A DNA stretch of 64,000 bases from an uncultured bacterium (GCA_963720265.1 CAVRET010000002.1:584704-648703), one strand, 5' to 3'. Shown: positions 38,107 to 48,801, numbered from the stretch's first letter. Numbers and translations: made by a program. The notes: generated by a model from the sequence alone, not told the origin.

Positions 38107-39408
38107 TTGCGAAAAATAAACGTCCCTATCGTATTAACGAGCGAGACACTTATTTTACGCCCCACTACGAGTCGCTTCGGCGCTCACCAAGTCAACATTC
38201 GAGAGCTCAAACGCCAGGCAGTGGCGTATTACGACCGGCTCAAGGCTCAGCCGCGTAATTTTGTTGCCCTAGGCATTCTGGCTGTCGCGCTTAGCTTCGG
38301 TCTGGCTACCGGCCGTCTGCCGATCGCTGCCAGCGCCAGCGCCGATTCGCAGCATCTTGTTTCGCTTTACGCCGACGGCCAAAAGCGCCTCTTTGCCACC
38401 AACGCCGCCACCGTTGGCCAGGTGCTGAATCGCGCCGGCGTGAAATTGGGAGCCGGCGATCTTGTTGAGCCGGCCGCAAGCACCTCACTACCGTCCGGCC
38501 AGTTCAACATCAACGTGTATCGCGCCCGTCGCGTGCTGGTGGTCGACGGCTCGCACCAGTATCTCGTCAATTCGGCTTACCAAAGCCCGCATTTGCTTGC
38601 CCAAGCTGCCGGCCTCACGCTTTATCCTGAGGACAAATACCAGACCGGAGTTATTACCAATTTCGTGCAAACCGGTGCGGTCGGCGAGGAAGTGGTGGTA
38701 AACCGCGCTATCCCGTTTACCGTCCAGGTTGACGGCAAAACCTATAATCTACGCACCCAGGCCAAAACTGTGCAATCCGCACTCACCGGTGCCGGTATCG
38801 CTCTTGGTCCCAAGGATATTGTGTCCGCACCCCTGACCGCTCCGGTCACGGCCGGCGAAGGCATCGGCATCACGCGCGTTACCGAGGCCCTCGCCACCAT
38901 TACGCAGACCATCCCATTCGCGGTCCAAAATGCCACCGATCCGGACCTAATGCAGGGACAAACTCAGGTCAAAACCCCTGGCGTGAATGGCCAGAAAACC
39001 GCCACCTACATGATCCACTACACTAACGGCGCCGAAACCAGCCGCGACCTTGTGCAGCTCGTCAGCCAGACCGCCCCGGTGCCGCAAGTCGTCGAGATTG
39101 GCACCATGGTCATCTTTGAGGGCTCGGTCGAATATTGGCGCCCGCAGGTCGACGCCGCAGCCAGTGCCAACGGCATCGACCCCAACATGATGCTGCGCAT
39201 TATGGAGTGCGAATCCAACGGCAACGCCGCCGATGTGTCGAGTTTCGTGGTCGACGGCCAGCACCCCACCGGCCTCTTCCAGTTCCTCCCCTCCACGTGG
39301 GCTGCCGACGGGGGCACCCCCAGCAACATCATGGACGGCTCGGCTCAAATCCAGATAGCGGCCAAAGTGATGGCCACCCAAGGCACCGGCGCCTGGGCTT
39401 GCCAATAA
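38107..39408 (+). CDS. RpfB-like protein: DUF348 repeats + G5 + lytic transglycosylase
   Basis: TVGQVL..AGV repeats, G5 domain (TPGVNGQK), CESNGN...GLFQFLPSTW; start uncertain. Confidence 0.85.
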   Translation: MRKINVPIVLTSETLILRPTTSRFGAHQVNIRELKRQAVAYYDRLKAQPRNFVALGILAVALSFGLATGRLPIAASASADSQHLVSLYADGQKRLFATNAATVGQVLNRAGVKLGAGDLVEPAASTSLPSGQFNINVYRARRVLVVDGSHQYLVNSAYQSPHLLAQAAGLTLYPEDKYQTGVITNFVQTGAVGEEVVVNRAIPFTVQVDGKTYNLRTQAKTVQSALTGAGIALGPKDIVSAPLTAPVTAGEGIGITRVTEALATITQTIPFAVQNATDPDLMQGQTQVKTPGVNGQKTATYMIHYTNGAETSRDLVQLVSQTAPVPQVVEIGTMVIFEGSVEYWRPQVDAAASANGIDPNMMLRIMECESNGNAADVSSFVVDGQHPTGLFQFLPSTWAADGGTPSNIMDGSAQIQIAAKVMATQGTGAWACQ

Positions 39409-39444
39409 CCGTGGTTTCTCAGTTGGCTACGGTATAATGAAGGT

Positions 39445-40626
39445 GTGAACGCGCTCGATATTGTACTAATTGTGCTGCTCATTGCAGTGGCAGTCCGGGG
39501 TGTGGCCTCGGGTTTTTTGCGTCAGGCCGGCTCGTTGTCCGGATTCATTTTGGGCCTGGTGCTCGGTGCCATAGTTGCGCCATGGGTTGGAAACTATGTT
39601 TCAGGGGCCGGCGTGCGCGTGCTGGTCGTGCTGGGAGTGTTTTTTGGAGTGGCCGTACTTATCGGGGGTTTGGGTGAGGCGCTGGGCTATCGGCTCTCGC
39701 GTTTAGCCGAACGCGCCAAGCTTGCCATCCCTGATAGTTTTTTGGGGGCTATCCTCGGCATTGTTGTAACATTGGTCACGGTTTGGTTGCTCGCGCCCAC
39801 GTTCGCTCGTGCACCTTCGCCCCTCTTGGACAATGAAGTGCAGGGCTCATACATTCTCCAAACCCTCGACCACGTGCTGCCGCCGGTACCGGATGTTATG
39901 TCGCGGCTCGAACGCTCGCTTGGTATTGCTAATCTCCCCCGCGCGTTTGCCGGCCTTGAGCCCACTCCGCCCGCGCCGGTCACCGGGCCGGACGCCGCGG
40001 CCGTGAATGCCGCTGCGAGTGCCGGCCAAGCTGCCACAGTTAAAATAGAAGGCCTAGGCTGCGGCGGCGTGCTTGAAGGCACGGGCATAGTCGTTGGCCA
40101 AGATCTCGTAGCTACCAATGCCCACGTCATCGCCGGCATTCCGGCTCCCACCGTGCTCGATGCCAACGGCCGCCACGACGCCACGGTGGTCTTCTTTGAC
40201 CCCAATCTCGACTTCGCGGTCTTGCGCGTTTCGCATCTGGCCGCCTCCCCCTTAGGCCTGTCAACTATCACCTCGCCGCGCGGCACGGTCGGCGCGGTGC
40301 TTGGCTATCCCGGCGGCGGCGACTTCCACGTGAGCGCGGCCGCGGTACTCGATTCGCAGACCGCCATTGGCCGCAACATTTACGACGCCGGCCTCATTCA
40401 TCGCGAAATCTATGAGATCCAGGCCGTGGTCCGGCCCGGCAATTCCGGCGGCCCGCTCATTACTCCTAGCGGCACTGTCATCGGCGTTGTCTTTGCAATG
40501 TCTACCACCAACGGTGATGTCGGCTACGCTCTTACCTCAGCCGAAGTTCTACCCGACATCCACACCGCTGCTGTCACCGCCGCCGCGGGCGGTTCGGTTG
40601 CCGACGGCGCATGCGTCGACGACTAG
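39445..40626 (+). CDS. MarP-like membrane serine protease (CvpA + trypsin domain)
   Basis: 4 TM segments, TNAHV, DFAVL, GNSGGP. Confidence 0.88.
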   Translation: MNALDIVLIVLLIAVAVRGVASGFLRQAGSLSGFILGLVLGAIVAPWVGNYVSGAGVRVLVVLGVFFGVAVLIGGLGEALGYRLSRLAERAKLAIPDSFLGAILGIVVTLVTVWLLAPTFARAPSPLLDNEVQGSYILQTLDHVLPPVPDVMSRLERSLGIANLPRAFAGLEPTPPAPVTGPDAAAVNAAASAGQAATVKIEGLGCGGVLEGTGIVVGQDLVATNAHVIAGIPAPTVLDANGRHDATVVFFDPNLDFAVLRVSHLAASPLGLSTITSPRGTVGAVLGYPGGGDFHVSAAAVLDSQTAIGRNIYDAGLIHREIYEIQAVVRPGNSGGPLITPSGTVIGVVFAMSTTNGDVGYALTSAEVLPDIHTAAVTAAAGGSVADGACVDD

Positions 40627-40689
40627 ACATATAAAATCATATATGCTATAACAATTACTTCCAGACGTTTCAGTAACTGCCGAGGAGGC

Positions 40690-41415
40690 ATGAACGGAAT
40701 GGTTGCAACGCCCGATGCGGGCACCGATGAACTGAGGGTACTCATCAGCTTGTCGTATCAGACCTGGCTACCAATCGCCAACTACTTCAAGGCGACTCGC
40801 GGCCCAGGGCCTGTGACGCTCGCTGAGCTGGCAGAGATGACCGAGACTCAGATACTTGAGATCGAAAACGTCGGCCCTGTGGGCCTGGCCCGCATCATCC
40901 TGCTCCTGGTAAAGAACGATCTTCGACTGACCGGCGACCCCGAGGTGCCGTTCGACCATCTGGTTGAGCACCTTGTGGTCCGGGACGGCGTGTTCAGCTT
41001 CCGCCAGTACCGCGTATCCCGTGACGGGTACGCTGCGATTAAGCAAGCGGGTTACCACGATATTCGCGACCTCGCCCAGCTTAATCGGGTCCAGATTGCG
41101 AAACTCGTCAGCCGAGGAGGCATCGGTAGTGTAATCCGGGCGCTGGACGTGCGCGGTCTCAGTCTGCCGCCGCTGGCACGCTCACACACAGTGCGTGAGC
41201 TCCGGCTGCCGCGTAGTCTCGCGAACCTGCTCCGGGAAGCCAAGCTGATGGACGCACCGATCGGGCAGCTCTCGCAGAACGGGCTGTACTCGCAGATCGT
41301 CGGACGAGGCAGCCAGCTCGATTCCCCGGCCATCTGGGCGCACATCCGGGCGCTGACCAAGGTGCTGCTGGATGACTACGGCTACGAGCTCCCCGAGCAT
41401 CCCCGCGTTCGGTAA
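40690..41415 (+). CDS. orphan with tandem RNA polymerase alpha-CTD-like (HhH) repeats
   Basis: TLAELAEMTETQILEIENVGPVGLARI; AGYHDIRDLAQL; TVRELRLPRSLANLLREA; GAGGAGG SD; hairpin at 41451-41490. Confidence 0.6.
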   Translation: MNGMVATPDAGTDELRVLISLSYQTWLPIANYFKATRGPGPVTLAELAEMTETQILEIENVGPVGLARIILLLVKNDLRLTGDPEVPFDHLVEHLVVRDGVFSFRQYRVSRDGYAAIKQAGYHDIRDLAQLNRVQIAKLVSRGGIGSVIRALDVRGLSLPPLARSHTVRELRLPRSLANLLREAKLMDAPIGQLSQNGLYSQIVGRGSQLDSPAIWAHIRALTKVLLDDYGYELPEHPRVR

Positions 41416-41607
41416 TGGCTATGCCGCACATTTCGCAGAGCACAGACGATAGGGTGGGGCAGACGGCCGGACGGTCGCCTGCCCCACCCTAAGTTGCATT
41501 TATTGCTGCTCTGCGATCAAGCGCATACGGCGTGAAGTAATAATGATCAAACGTTCCGCCCGGAGCGGCCGCACGCCGCCCCGCTAAACGTTTCGGTTTG
41601 TTAAGAT

Positions 41608-42444
41608 ATGATTATGGATCTCTCCCGCGTCGATGATGTACGCACCGCGCTCAAACTCGCCGGCATCCGGCCCAACAAGAGCCTGGGGCAGCATTTTTTG
41701 GTCGATAAAGCAAGTCTAGAAGCCGTCATGGAGGCCGCCGCACCCACGGCGACTGACACTGTGCTGGAAATTGGCCCGGGCCTGGGCGTTATGACGCGCC
41801 CGCTCACGGCTCGCGTCGGCCGTGTGGTCGCGGTTGAAACCGACCCCGTACTGGCCGGCCTCCTGCGTCGCGACGCGCCGCTCAACCTCCAGGTTGAGGA
41901 GGCTGATATTCTGAACTTCAACCTCACGGCACTGCCTCGCGGCTACAAGGTTATTGCCAATCTACCGTATTACCTGACATCCAAAATCCTCCGCCTGCTC
42001 ATCGAATCGCCGAATCCTCCGAGTGTCATGTCTGTGCTGGTGCAAAAAGAGGTGGCCGAGCGCATCACGGCCCGGCCGGGCGATCTGTCGCTGCTGGCGC
42101 TCTCAGTCCAATACTATGGCCGACCCGAGCTCGTGCAAGTCATTGAACGGCACAAATTCTGGCCCGCGCCGGAAGTCGACTCGGCCATACTGCACATTAC
42201 CATGACAGGCAAACCGGCCTTCCCGGCCGATCCGACCAAATTCTTCCGCTTGGCCAAAGCCGGCTTCGGCGAGCGCCGTAAGCAGCTCAAAAACGCCCTC
42301 GCCGGCGGCCTTAACCTCACCGCCGACTTTGCCGCCCAGCTGCTCGTATCGGCCAAGCTACCACCCACCGCCCGCGCTCAGGAGCTTGACCTCAAAGCTT
42401 GGGGGCGTCTCTACAAAGTCGCCGTTAAGCGCAACTTGCTTTAA
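41608..42444 (+). CDS. rsmA: 16S rRNA dimethyladenosine transferase
   Basis: KSLGQHFL, LEIGPGLG, ANLPYY, QKEVAER. Confidence 0.95.
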   Translation: MIMDLSRVDDVRTALKLAGIRPNKSLGQHFLVDKASLEAVMEAAAPTATDTVLEIGPGLGVMTRPLTARVGRVVAVETDPVLAGLLRRDAPLNLQVEEADILNFNLTALPRGYKVIANLPYYLTSKILRLLIESPNPPSVMSVLVQKEVAERITARPGDLSLLALSVQYYGRPELVQVIERHKFWPAPEVDSAILHITMTGKPAFPADPTKFFRLAKAGFGERRKQLKNALAGGLNLTADFAAQLLVSAKLPPTARAQELDLKAWGRLYKVAVKRNLL

Positions 42445-42487
42445 CTGCTCTGTCACGCCATAATTTCAGTAATAATTAAGGTGAATC

Positions 42488-42958
42488 ATGGATTCAACCA
42501 CGATATATCAAACCACCAGCAGCCAGCCCGTATCCGCCGGTGCGACCGCCGGTCTGATCGTATTGCAGCTTGTTATTTTGGTTGTCGCTATTGTCCTCAT
42601 TGTATCAATGTGGAAGCTTTTCAAAAAAGCCGGCCGGCCCGGCTGGGCAGCCATCATCCCTTTTTACAATGCCTATATCTTGATTAAAATTGCCGGCCGG
42701 CCCGGCTGGTGGCTCGTACTCTACTTAATACCAATAGTAAACCTCATAATCGGGATCATCATCGTTATAGACATAGCTAAGGCCTTCGGCAAGTCTGGAG
42801 CGTGGGGCTTCTGGATGCTCTATATCCTCAGCTTTATCGGGTATCCAATACTAGGTTTTGGTTCAACCCAGTACCAGTCGGGAGGTAATGGTGGTACCAA
42901 CCCGGCTATGCCCGTACCGCCACCCATACCGCCGGTGGCTCCGCCGCCCGCCGCATGA
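42488..42958 (+). CDS. DUF5684-like membrane protein
   Basis: WKLFKKAGRPGWAAIIPFYN...AKAFGKS. Confidence 0.8.
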   Translation: MDSTTIYQTTSSQPVSAGATAGLIVLQLVILVVAIVLIVSMWKLFKKAGRPGWAAIIPFYNAYILIKIAGRPGWWLVLYLIPIVNLIIGIIIVIDIAKAFGKSGAWGFWMLYILSFIGYPILGFGSTQYQSGGNGGTNPAMPVPPPIPPVAPPPAA

Positions 42959-43596
42959 AACTCTTCCTCAGTTCAGTCGCCATGACATCCGAGCTCATCA
43001 GCCCATTCACAAAGCTGGTTGGTAAGGCCGCTCCCGACATCAGCATTGTCTTAAGCGAAAATGCGGCCGACCCGTACCGGCGCACCGGGGAGACCATTGG
43101 CTGGCTACAAGATAACTACCAGGCCATGGAAGACGCCGGACTAAACATTGAGCGCATTGATTTGCGGGGGTTTCGCGACCCCGATAGGCTCGCGGCCAAA
43201 CTCTCAACCTACGACGTCATTTGGCTGGCCGGCGGTAACACATTTTATCTGCGCTGGCTCCTGGCCGATACCGGCGCCGACACCGTAATTTGCAAGCTGG
43301 TTGCAAACGACAAAGTCTTCGCCGGCGCCAGTGCCGGCGCCATTGTGGCCGGGCCAACGCTGCGTCACGTCGAGCTGGCCGACGATCCAAAGCTTTCGCC
43401 GGCTTGGCCAAAAGACGGCCTCGGCCTCACCGATATTGTGGCTGTGCCGCACTACGATCAGCCTGGTTACGCTACCATCACCGGCAAAATCAATCTCGAG
43501 CTTCAAGCCGACGGTTTCACCACCTGCCCGCTGAACAACGACCAAGCCCTGATCATCGATGGTACCGCCACCACGGTCGTGCCCTCTCCTGCTTAG
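42955..43596 (+). CDS. peptidase E (S51)-like protein
   Basis: GGNTFYL, GASAGA, VPHY. Confidence 0.82.
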   Translation: MKLFLSSVAMTSELISPFTKLVGKAAPDISIVLSENAADPYRRTGETIGWLQDNYQAMEDAGLNIERIDLRGFRDPDRLAAKLSTYDVIWLAGGNTFYLRWLLADTGADTVICKLVANDKVFAGASAGAIVAGPTLRHVELADDPKLSPAWPKDGLGLTDIVAVPHYDQPGYATITGKINLELQADGFTTCPLNNDQALIIDGTATTVVPSPA

Positions 43597-43625
43597 CCCT
43601 GAATCATGGTAAGATAGGCCCTATC

Positions 43626-45101
43626 ATGCCCAAATTCTATGTCACCACGTCCATTGCCTATACCAACGCCGAGCCCCACATCGGCTACGCAATGGAGCTC
43701 ATTCAGGCCGACGTGCTGGCCCGCTATCACCGCCAGCGCGGCTATCAAGTGTGGTTTCTGACCGGCACCGACGAACACGGCAACAAGAACAAGCAGGCAG
43801 CCGTTGCCAAAGGGTTAGCACCCCAGGCCTACGTTGATCAAATTAGCGAAAAATTCCGCGACCTCGCAAAAGTACTCAACGTCTCAAACGACCAATTCAT
43901 CCGCACCACCGATCCGCACCACAAAGTGGCTTCGCAAGCGCTCTGGCTGGCCTGCAAGAAAGACATCTACAAAAAGCCCTATGAAGGTTGGTACTGTACC
44001 GGTTGCGAGGCCTTTTATACCGACATCGATGTGCCTGACCACATTTGCCCCATTCACAAGCACCCGCTTGAGCACGTTAAAGCCGAGAATTACTTTTTCA
44101 AGCTCTCGGCCTATACCGGGCAAATCAAGGAGCTCGTTACATCGGGCAAGCTGCTAGTGCGGCCGCAAAGCCGCCGCAACGAATTACTCGCCCTGCTTGA
44201 CCGCGGCCTCGAAGACGTCAGCATTAGCCGCGAAAAAACCCAACTAGATTGGGGCATCGAGGTACCGGACGACCACGACCACGTCATGTATGTCTGGTTC
44301 GATGCCCTCGCCAACTACATCTCGGCACTCGGCTATCCAGACAAGGATGCCAAGCCCTTCCAGACCTTCTGGCCGGCCGACGTGCAGATCATTGGCAAAG
44401 ATATTACCCGCTTCCACGCTGCGCTCTGGCCCGCCATGCTGATCTCGGCCTGGCTCACGCCGCCGGTCAGCGTGTATGCGCACGGCTTCATCAGCTCTGA
44501 AGGTCACAAGATGTCAAAAAGCCTCGGCAATGTGGTGGCGCCGGCCGATGTCATTAACAAGTATGGCGTCGACGCGCTGCGCTATTACCTGTTGCGCGAA
44601 ATCCCATCCGACAGCGACGGTGATTTTTCCTGGACCCGCATGGAGCAACTTTACAATGCCGACCTGGCCAACGACCTCGGCAACCTCGTGCAGCGTGTCA
44701 TCGTAATGTTCCGCAAATACCTTGAAGGCATTATCGGTGATCTGCCTCCGCACTCGCACGATATTGAGCCATACGAAACCGCCATGGCTGATCTGCGCTT
44801 TGACAAAGCTCTGGCCGAAGTGTGGCTGCTCGTCCGCGGGCTCAACCAATACCTTGAAGAGGAAAAGCCATGGGAGCTTGCGAAAGATAGCAAGGAGCAC
44901 CTCACCGACGTCTTGCATCATGCCGTCGCCGACCTCGTCCAGATCGCTAGCATGCTCATGCCGTTCATGCCTGAAACAGCCGGCAAGATCGCGGCCAGCT
45001 TCGCCGGCGGCGTGGCCCGCACCGAGGTTGGCATTCTTTTTCCGAAACTCGAAGAAACCACTAGTCAACCAGCAGGCAAGCAGCGACCCGAAGCCAAGTG
45101 A
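43626..45101 (+). CDS. metG: methionyl-tRNA synthetase (short form)
   Basis: PHIGY (HIGH-like), GTDEHG, YVWFDAL, GKDI, KMSKS. Confidence 0.95.
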   Translation: MPKFYVTTSIAYTNAEPHIGYAMELIQADVLARYHRQRGYQVWFLTGTDEHGNKNKQAAVAKGLAPQAYVDQISEKFRDLAKVLNVSNDQFIRTTDPHHKVASQALWLACKKDIYKKPYEGWYCTGCEAFYTDIDVPDHICPIHKHPLEHVKAENYFFKLSAYTGQIKELVTSGKLLVRPQSRRNELLALLDRGLEDVSISREKTQLDWGIEVPDDHDHVMYVWFDALANYISALGYPDKDAKPFQTFWPADVQIIGKDITRFHAALWPAMLISAWLTPPVSVYAHGFISSEGHKMSKSLGNVVAPADVINKYGVDALRYYLLREIPSDSDGDFSWTRMEQLYNADLANDLGNLVQRVIVMFRKYLEGIIGDLPPHSHDIEPYETAMADLRFDKALAEVWLLVRGLNQYLEEEKPWELAKDSKEHLTDVLHHAVADLVQIASMLMPFMPETAGKIAASFAGGVARTEVGILFPKLEETTSQPAGKQRPEAK

Positions 45102-45859
45102 CGCTCGTCGACACCCACTCACACATCCATTTCGACAATTTCGACGCCGATTTGCCCGACGTCCTGGAGCGTGCGAAGGCCGCCGGCATGGCCAAAATGC
45201 TGTGCGTAGGCGTAAACGATGACGATTCCCAGCGTGCGATTGCATTAGCCAAGCAACACACCGGAACCTTGCGCTCTACCGTCGGCCTCCATCCGCACGA
45301 TGCCGACCGCGGCCAGCCCGCACTCAACCATTTAACCGAGCTCGCTCAAGATCCCGTTGTCGTAGCCGTCGGAGAATGCGGCCTCGACCGGTTCAAATCC
45401 ACAACCACGCCCGTCGAACAAGAACACGCCCTGCGCTTTCAAATCGAGCTGGCCCACGAGCGTAACCTCCCAATGGTCTTCCACGTCCGCAATGCCTTTC
45501 CCGATTTCTGGCGCATCATGGTCGATTACCCCGGCACGAAAGGCGTGGTCCACAGCTTTACCGCCGGGCCGCCGGAGCTCGAGGCCGCCTTAGCGCGCGG
45601 ACTCTTGATCGCGCTCAACGGTATCATGACATTCACCAAAGACCCAGACCAACTCGAAGCCGCACGCCTTGTCCCGCTGGAGCGCCTAATCCTCGAAACC
45701 GACTGTCCCTTCCTGGCGCCCGTCCCCATGCGCGGCCGCCGGAACGAGCCCGCCTACATCACCCACACGGCCGAGTTCCTGGCCAATCTCCGCGGCGAGT
45801 CATTGGGTGAACTCAGTACGGCAACCACGAAGAATGCCGAGGCACTCTTTAATGTGTGA
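45098..45859 (+). CDS. tatD: TatD family deoxyribonuclease
   Basis: DTHSH, GLHPH, GECGLD, ETDCPFL. Confidence 0.93.
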   Translation: MTLVDTHSHIHFDNFDADLPDVLERAKAAGMAKMLCVGVNDDDSQRAIALAKQHTGTLRSTVGLHPHDADRGQPALNHLTELAQDPVVVAVGECGLDRFKSTTTPVEQEHALRFQIELAHERNLPMVFHVRNAFPDFWRIMVDYPGTKGVVHSFTAGPPELEAALARGLLIALNGIMTFTKDPDQLEAARLVPLERLILETDCPFLAPVPMRGRRNEPAYITHTAEFLANLRGESLGELSTATTKNAEALFNV

Positions 45860-45945
45860 CAGGTCACAAATTTGACCGCCAAATAAAAGAAATTTACTAT
45901 AACAAAGCACGGCTTCCCTGCAAGTTCAACGGAAGGACGTAGTAC

Positions 45946-46422
45946 GTGTCGTCACGACCTGCTACTGCAAAGACCAGAGCTCCTCGAGAAGCACGACCCG
46001 GTCATGGACCCACTCGGCGTCATGGCACTCCACGGCCGTATGGGCTGGCCCCGGCCGACCCCTGCGGGCGCGAGCAGTGCCGGTGTCATCAGGCTCATGA
46101 CTTCGCAACTGAGCTCGTGATGCTCCAAATCAGCTCCCGGGACGTACCCAAGCAGCGATCAAGGGCAATGGCAACCAGGCTGCTGAAGGCGCTGTTCGCC
46201 CACGGCCGACTCCCGGTGACCGACCTGAACATCGGCCAAGAGCTACATGAGATGGTCCTCTGGGCCTATGCCGTGGCCTGTCCACTGTTCGGTGTGAGCG
46301 GCCTTGCCGGGCATCGGGATCGCAGCTATGCAGATGTAATAGCTGCACTGCCGCTTCGCATAACGATCCCCGTGGCGCGTGATTACGCCCGCAACGGTCG
46401 GCTGGCGGTCTCGGCCGTCTGA
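45946..46422 (+). CDS. orphan with Cys/His cluster
   Basis: TTGACC-17-TACTAT promoter, AAGGA SD, CGREQCRCH. Confidence 0.5.
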   Translation: MSSRPATAKTRAPREARPGHGPTRRHGTPRPYGLAPADPCGREQCRCHQAHDFATELVMLQISSRDVPKQRSRAMATRLLKALFAHGRLPVTDLNIGQELHEMVLWAYAVACPLFGVSGLAGHRDRSYADVIAALPLRITIPVARDYARNGRLAVSAV

Positions 46423-46553
46423 TTTTCCATCAACATTGCCGTGCACCATAGCTGCGTGGCGGGCCCGGGTACGACCCGGGTCCGCCACCGCGATCCATAC
46501 AGAATTCGCGTGTTACAGTAAACCAGAAGCTAATATCCTAAAGGAGAATCATC

Positions 46554-47159
46554 GTGGGCGAAGCACCTGGGCATGCAGGGGAGCCGGGCTGGACAGTACC
46601 GGAAGGCTGGCACCACAAGCTAAACGAACTAGATGAGCAAAACGACGAGCATATCCGTGAACAACTGCTAGATCACGAACGTGCCAGGCAGCGTGGGGCC
46701 ATAGAAAACCGTCACGAAGCCGCTGCTGCTCTCACTGAAATGCTAGGCGTTGCTCAAGAAGCCCGGAGATCTCTTCTCAGCACAATAAGCGGTGATCCCG
46801 ATTCAAGCCCTGAAGCCAAGGCCCGCTACCAGGAATTAAGCGCGGCGCTCACAGCGTCTGAAGATGCCGTACTAAAGCCTTTTTCGTTACGTGACGGCCA
46901 GCTCTTTCAATCACGACCAGTTGAGCACAGCGGCCAGCAAGAAGTCGTAGTGGCATCTGCGAGCGGCGATCCGGATTCAATCCAGGAGCTGACGAACTCG
47001 CTCAGGGCGGCCTCGCCCTCGGAGGGGCAGCCCGTGAGCGGCGGCATTGCGCTTGACGTCGGCAATGCGGCGCTACATTATAGCGATTATCTGAGAACCT
47101 TGTCAGATATGCCGGTAGCAATGGTGGAAAAGTCCCTGACCGCACAGATCCGAGAGTAA
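46554..47159 (+). CDS. hypothetical acidic protein
   Basis: AAGGAG SD; 201 aa. Confidence 0.55.
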   Translation: MGEAPGHAGEPGWTVPEGWHHKLNELDEQNDEHIREQLLDHERARQRGAIENRHEAAAALTEMLGVAQEARRSLLSTISGDPDSSPEAKARYQELSAALTASEDAVLKPFSLRDGQLFQSRPVEHSGQQEVVVASASGDPDSIQELTNSLRAASPSEGQPVSGGIALDVGNAALHYSDYLRTLSDMPVAMVEKSLTAQIRE

Positions 47160-47166
47160 TACCGGA

Positions 47167-48363
47167 ATGAAGTCAACCGTACCAAAAAATTATTATTTCG
47201 ATCATGCCGCCGGTGCGCCGCTTGCTCCCGAGGCGCTCGAGGCCATGCTGCCGTATCTGCAGGAATACGCCAACCCCTCGAGCTTGTATGGTGCCGCCCG
47301 TGAGGCTAGGCACGCCATTGATGCCGCCCGCGCCGCTATCGCCGATACCCTCGGCGCCAAGCCCACCGAGATCGTGTTCACGTCTGGCACGACGGAGGGT
47401 GACAACCTAGCGCTCCAAGGTGTGCTCCGCGCTCACCGGGGCGCCCATTGGATTACAAGCGCGATCGAGCACGAGGCCGTTTTGGCCTACACTAAGCCGG
47501 CAAAAAGCGAGCACCACCCATTCACTATCGTCCCGGTGAGGCCCAACGGTATTATCGATCCAACGGCGGTTGAGCGCGCCATCACGGATAAAACGGTGCT
47601 CATTAGCCTCATGATGGCCAATAACGAAATTGGTACCCTTCAGCCTGTGGCCGAGATCGCAAAAACAATTGCGGGAGTCCGTGCTGACCGCAAACAGCGC
47701 GGCCTCGACCTCCCACTGTACCTCCACTCTGACGCCGCCCAGGCCGCTGGCTACTTAGACCTGCACGTCTCGCGGCTCGGCCTCGACCTCCTTACCTTAG
47801 GCGGCGCTAAAATGTATGGCCCCAAGGGCACCGGCATCCTGTACGTGCGTCATGGCACCGAGCTTGAGCCGCTCATCTACGGTGGCGGCCAGGAGCGCGG
47901 CCGCCGCAGCGGTACCGAAAATGTAGCCGGCGCAGTCGGCATTGCCAAAGCCTTTGAGCTTGCGACCAACCTGCGGGCTGAGGAATCCCGTCGTCTCAGC
48001 GCCTTGCGTGACGAGCTCATCCACCGCATACTCGAGACCATCCCCGGTGCCAAGATCAACGGCGACTCCAAACGCCGCCTGCCAAACAACATCTCGCTCA
48101 TCATCCCCGGCGCTGAAGGCGAAGCCATGGTGCTCTACCTCGATCAGGCTGGGATCCAGGCCTCTACCGGCTCGGCCTGCACCACCGGCAGCCTTGAGCC
48201 GTCACATGTGTTGCTCGCCATTGGCCGCACCCCGGCCGAAGCCAACTCATCGCTGCGCCTCACCCTCGGCCGTGCCATCAATCAGGCCGCCGTCGATCAC
48301 CTCATTACCGTATTGCCGCCCATTGTGAGCCGCTTGCGCGACCTAAGCCACGAGCGACACTAG
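47167..48363 (+). CDS. iscS: cysteine desulfurase
   Basis: FTSGTTE, NNEIG, HSDAAQ, KMYGPKG, STGSAC, PSHVL. Confidence 0.92.
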   Translation: MKSTVPKNYYFDHAAGAPLAPEALEAMLPYLQEYANPSSLYGAAREARHAIDAARAAIADTLGAKPTEIVFTSGTTEGDNLALQGVLRAHRGAHWITSAIEHEAVLAYTKPAKSEHHPFTIVPVRPNGIIDPTAVERAITDKTVLISLMMANNEIGTLQPVAEIAKTIAGVRADRKQRGLDLPLYLHSDAAQAAGYLDLHVSRLGLDLLTLGGAKMYGPKGTGILYVRHGTELEPLIYGGGQERGRRSGTENVAGAVGIAKAFELATNLRAEESRRLSALRDELIHRILETIPGAKINGDSKRRLPNNISLIIPGAEGEAMVLYLDQAGIQASTGSACTTGSLEPSHVLLAIGRTPAEANSSLRLTLGRAINQAAVDHLITVLPPIVSRLRDLSHERH

Positions 48364-48801
48364 ATACACCGCCATCACGATACCGATTGCCAAATCGGAA
48401 TACATTGCTATATTTTCTTCAAAATTACGCTTTTTCGGAAGGTGTTCGAGCCCAGCCAAGAATAAAAACAGGCCGCCGCTAAGCGCCACGGCTGGCTGCC
48501 AACCCGGCTGCCAGAGCGAGACTATCCCCGCTAAACCCACGGCGAGATTATAGTTGCCAAGCTCCCGTACCAGCTGCCACGAAGCCTTATCTTTAATCCC
48601 TAATATGCCCTCCGCAGTTAGGCCGGGCTTCACGATCTGCCTCACGCCGGCGGTAAACAGCCGCACCCCAATGGCCCAAAAAATGAACCACTGGCCAATT
48701 AAGGATAAGACTGCCGAGTGGTTTTTATTTATGGCCACTTCCGTCACGACCGACAACACCGGAAAGACAAACATGAGTGCCGCGACTGTTACTACATACA
48801 T
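48343..48801 (-). CDS. 4-5 TM membrane protein (DUF6790-like)
   Basis: WFIFWAIGVRLFTAG...VRELG..NLA. Confidence 0.65.
   Translation of the reverse strand: MYVVTVAALMFVFPVLSVVTEVAINKNHSAVLSLIGQWFIFWAIGVRLFTAGVRQIVKPGLTAEGILGIKDKASWQLVRELGNYNLAVGLAGIVSLWQPGWQPAVALSGGLFLFLAGLEHLPKKRNFEENIAMYSDLAIGIVMAVYLVSLVA

Noticed and set aside
43290-43625. N-terminal extension of MetRS (likewise tpiA from 28635, 56943..57218 and 10850..10921)
   Set aside because: These are upstream in-frame read-through into neighbouring genes or intergenic sequence; conserved N-termini and start signals place the starts later.
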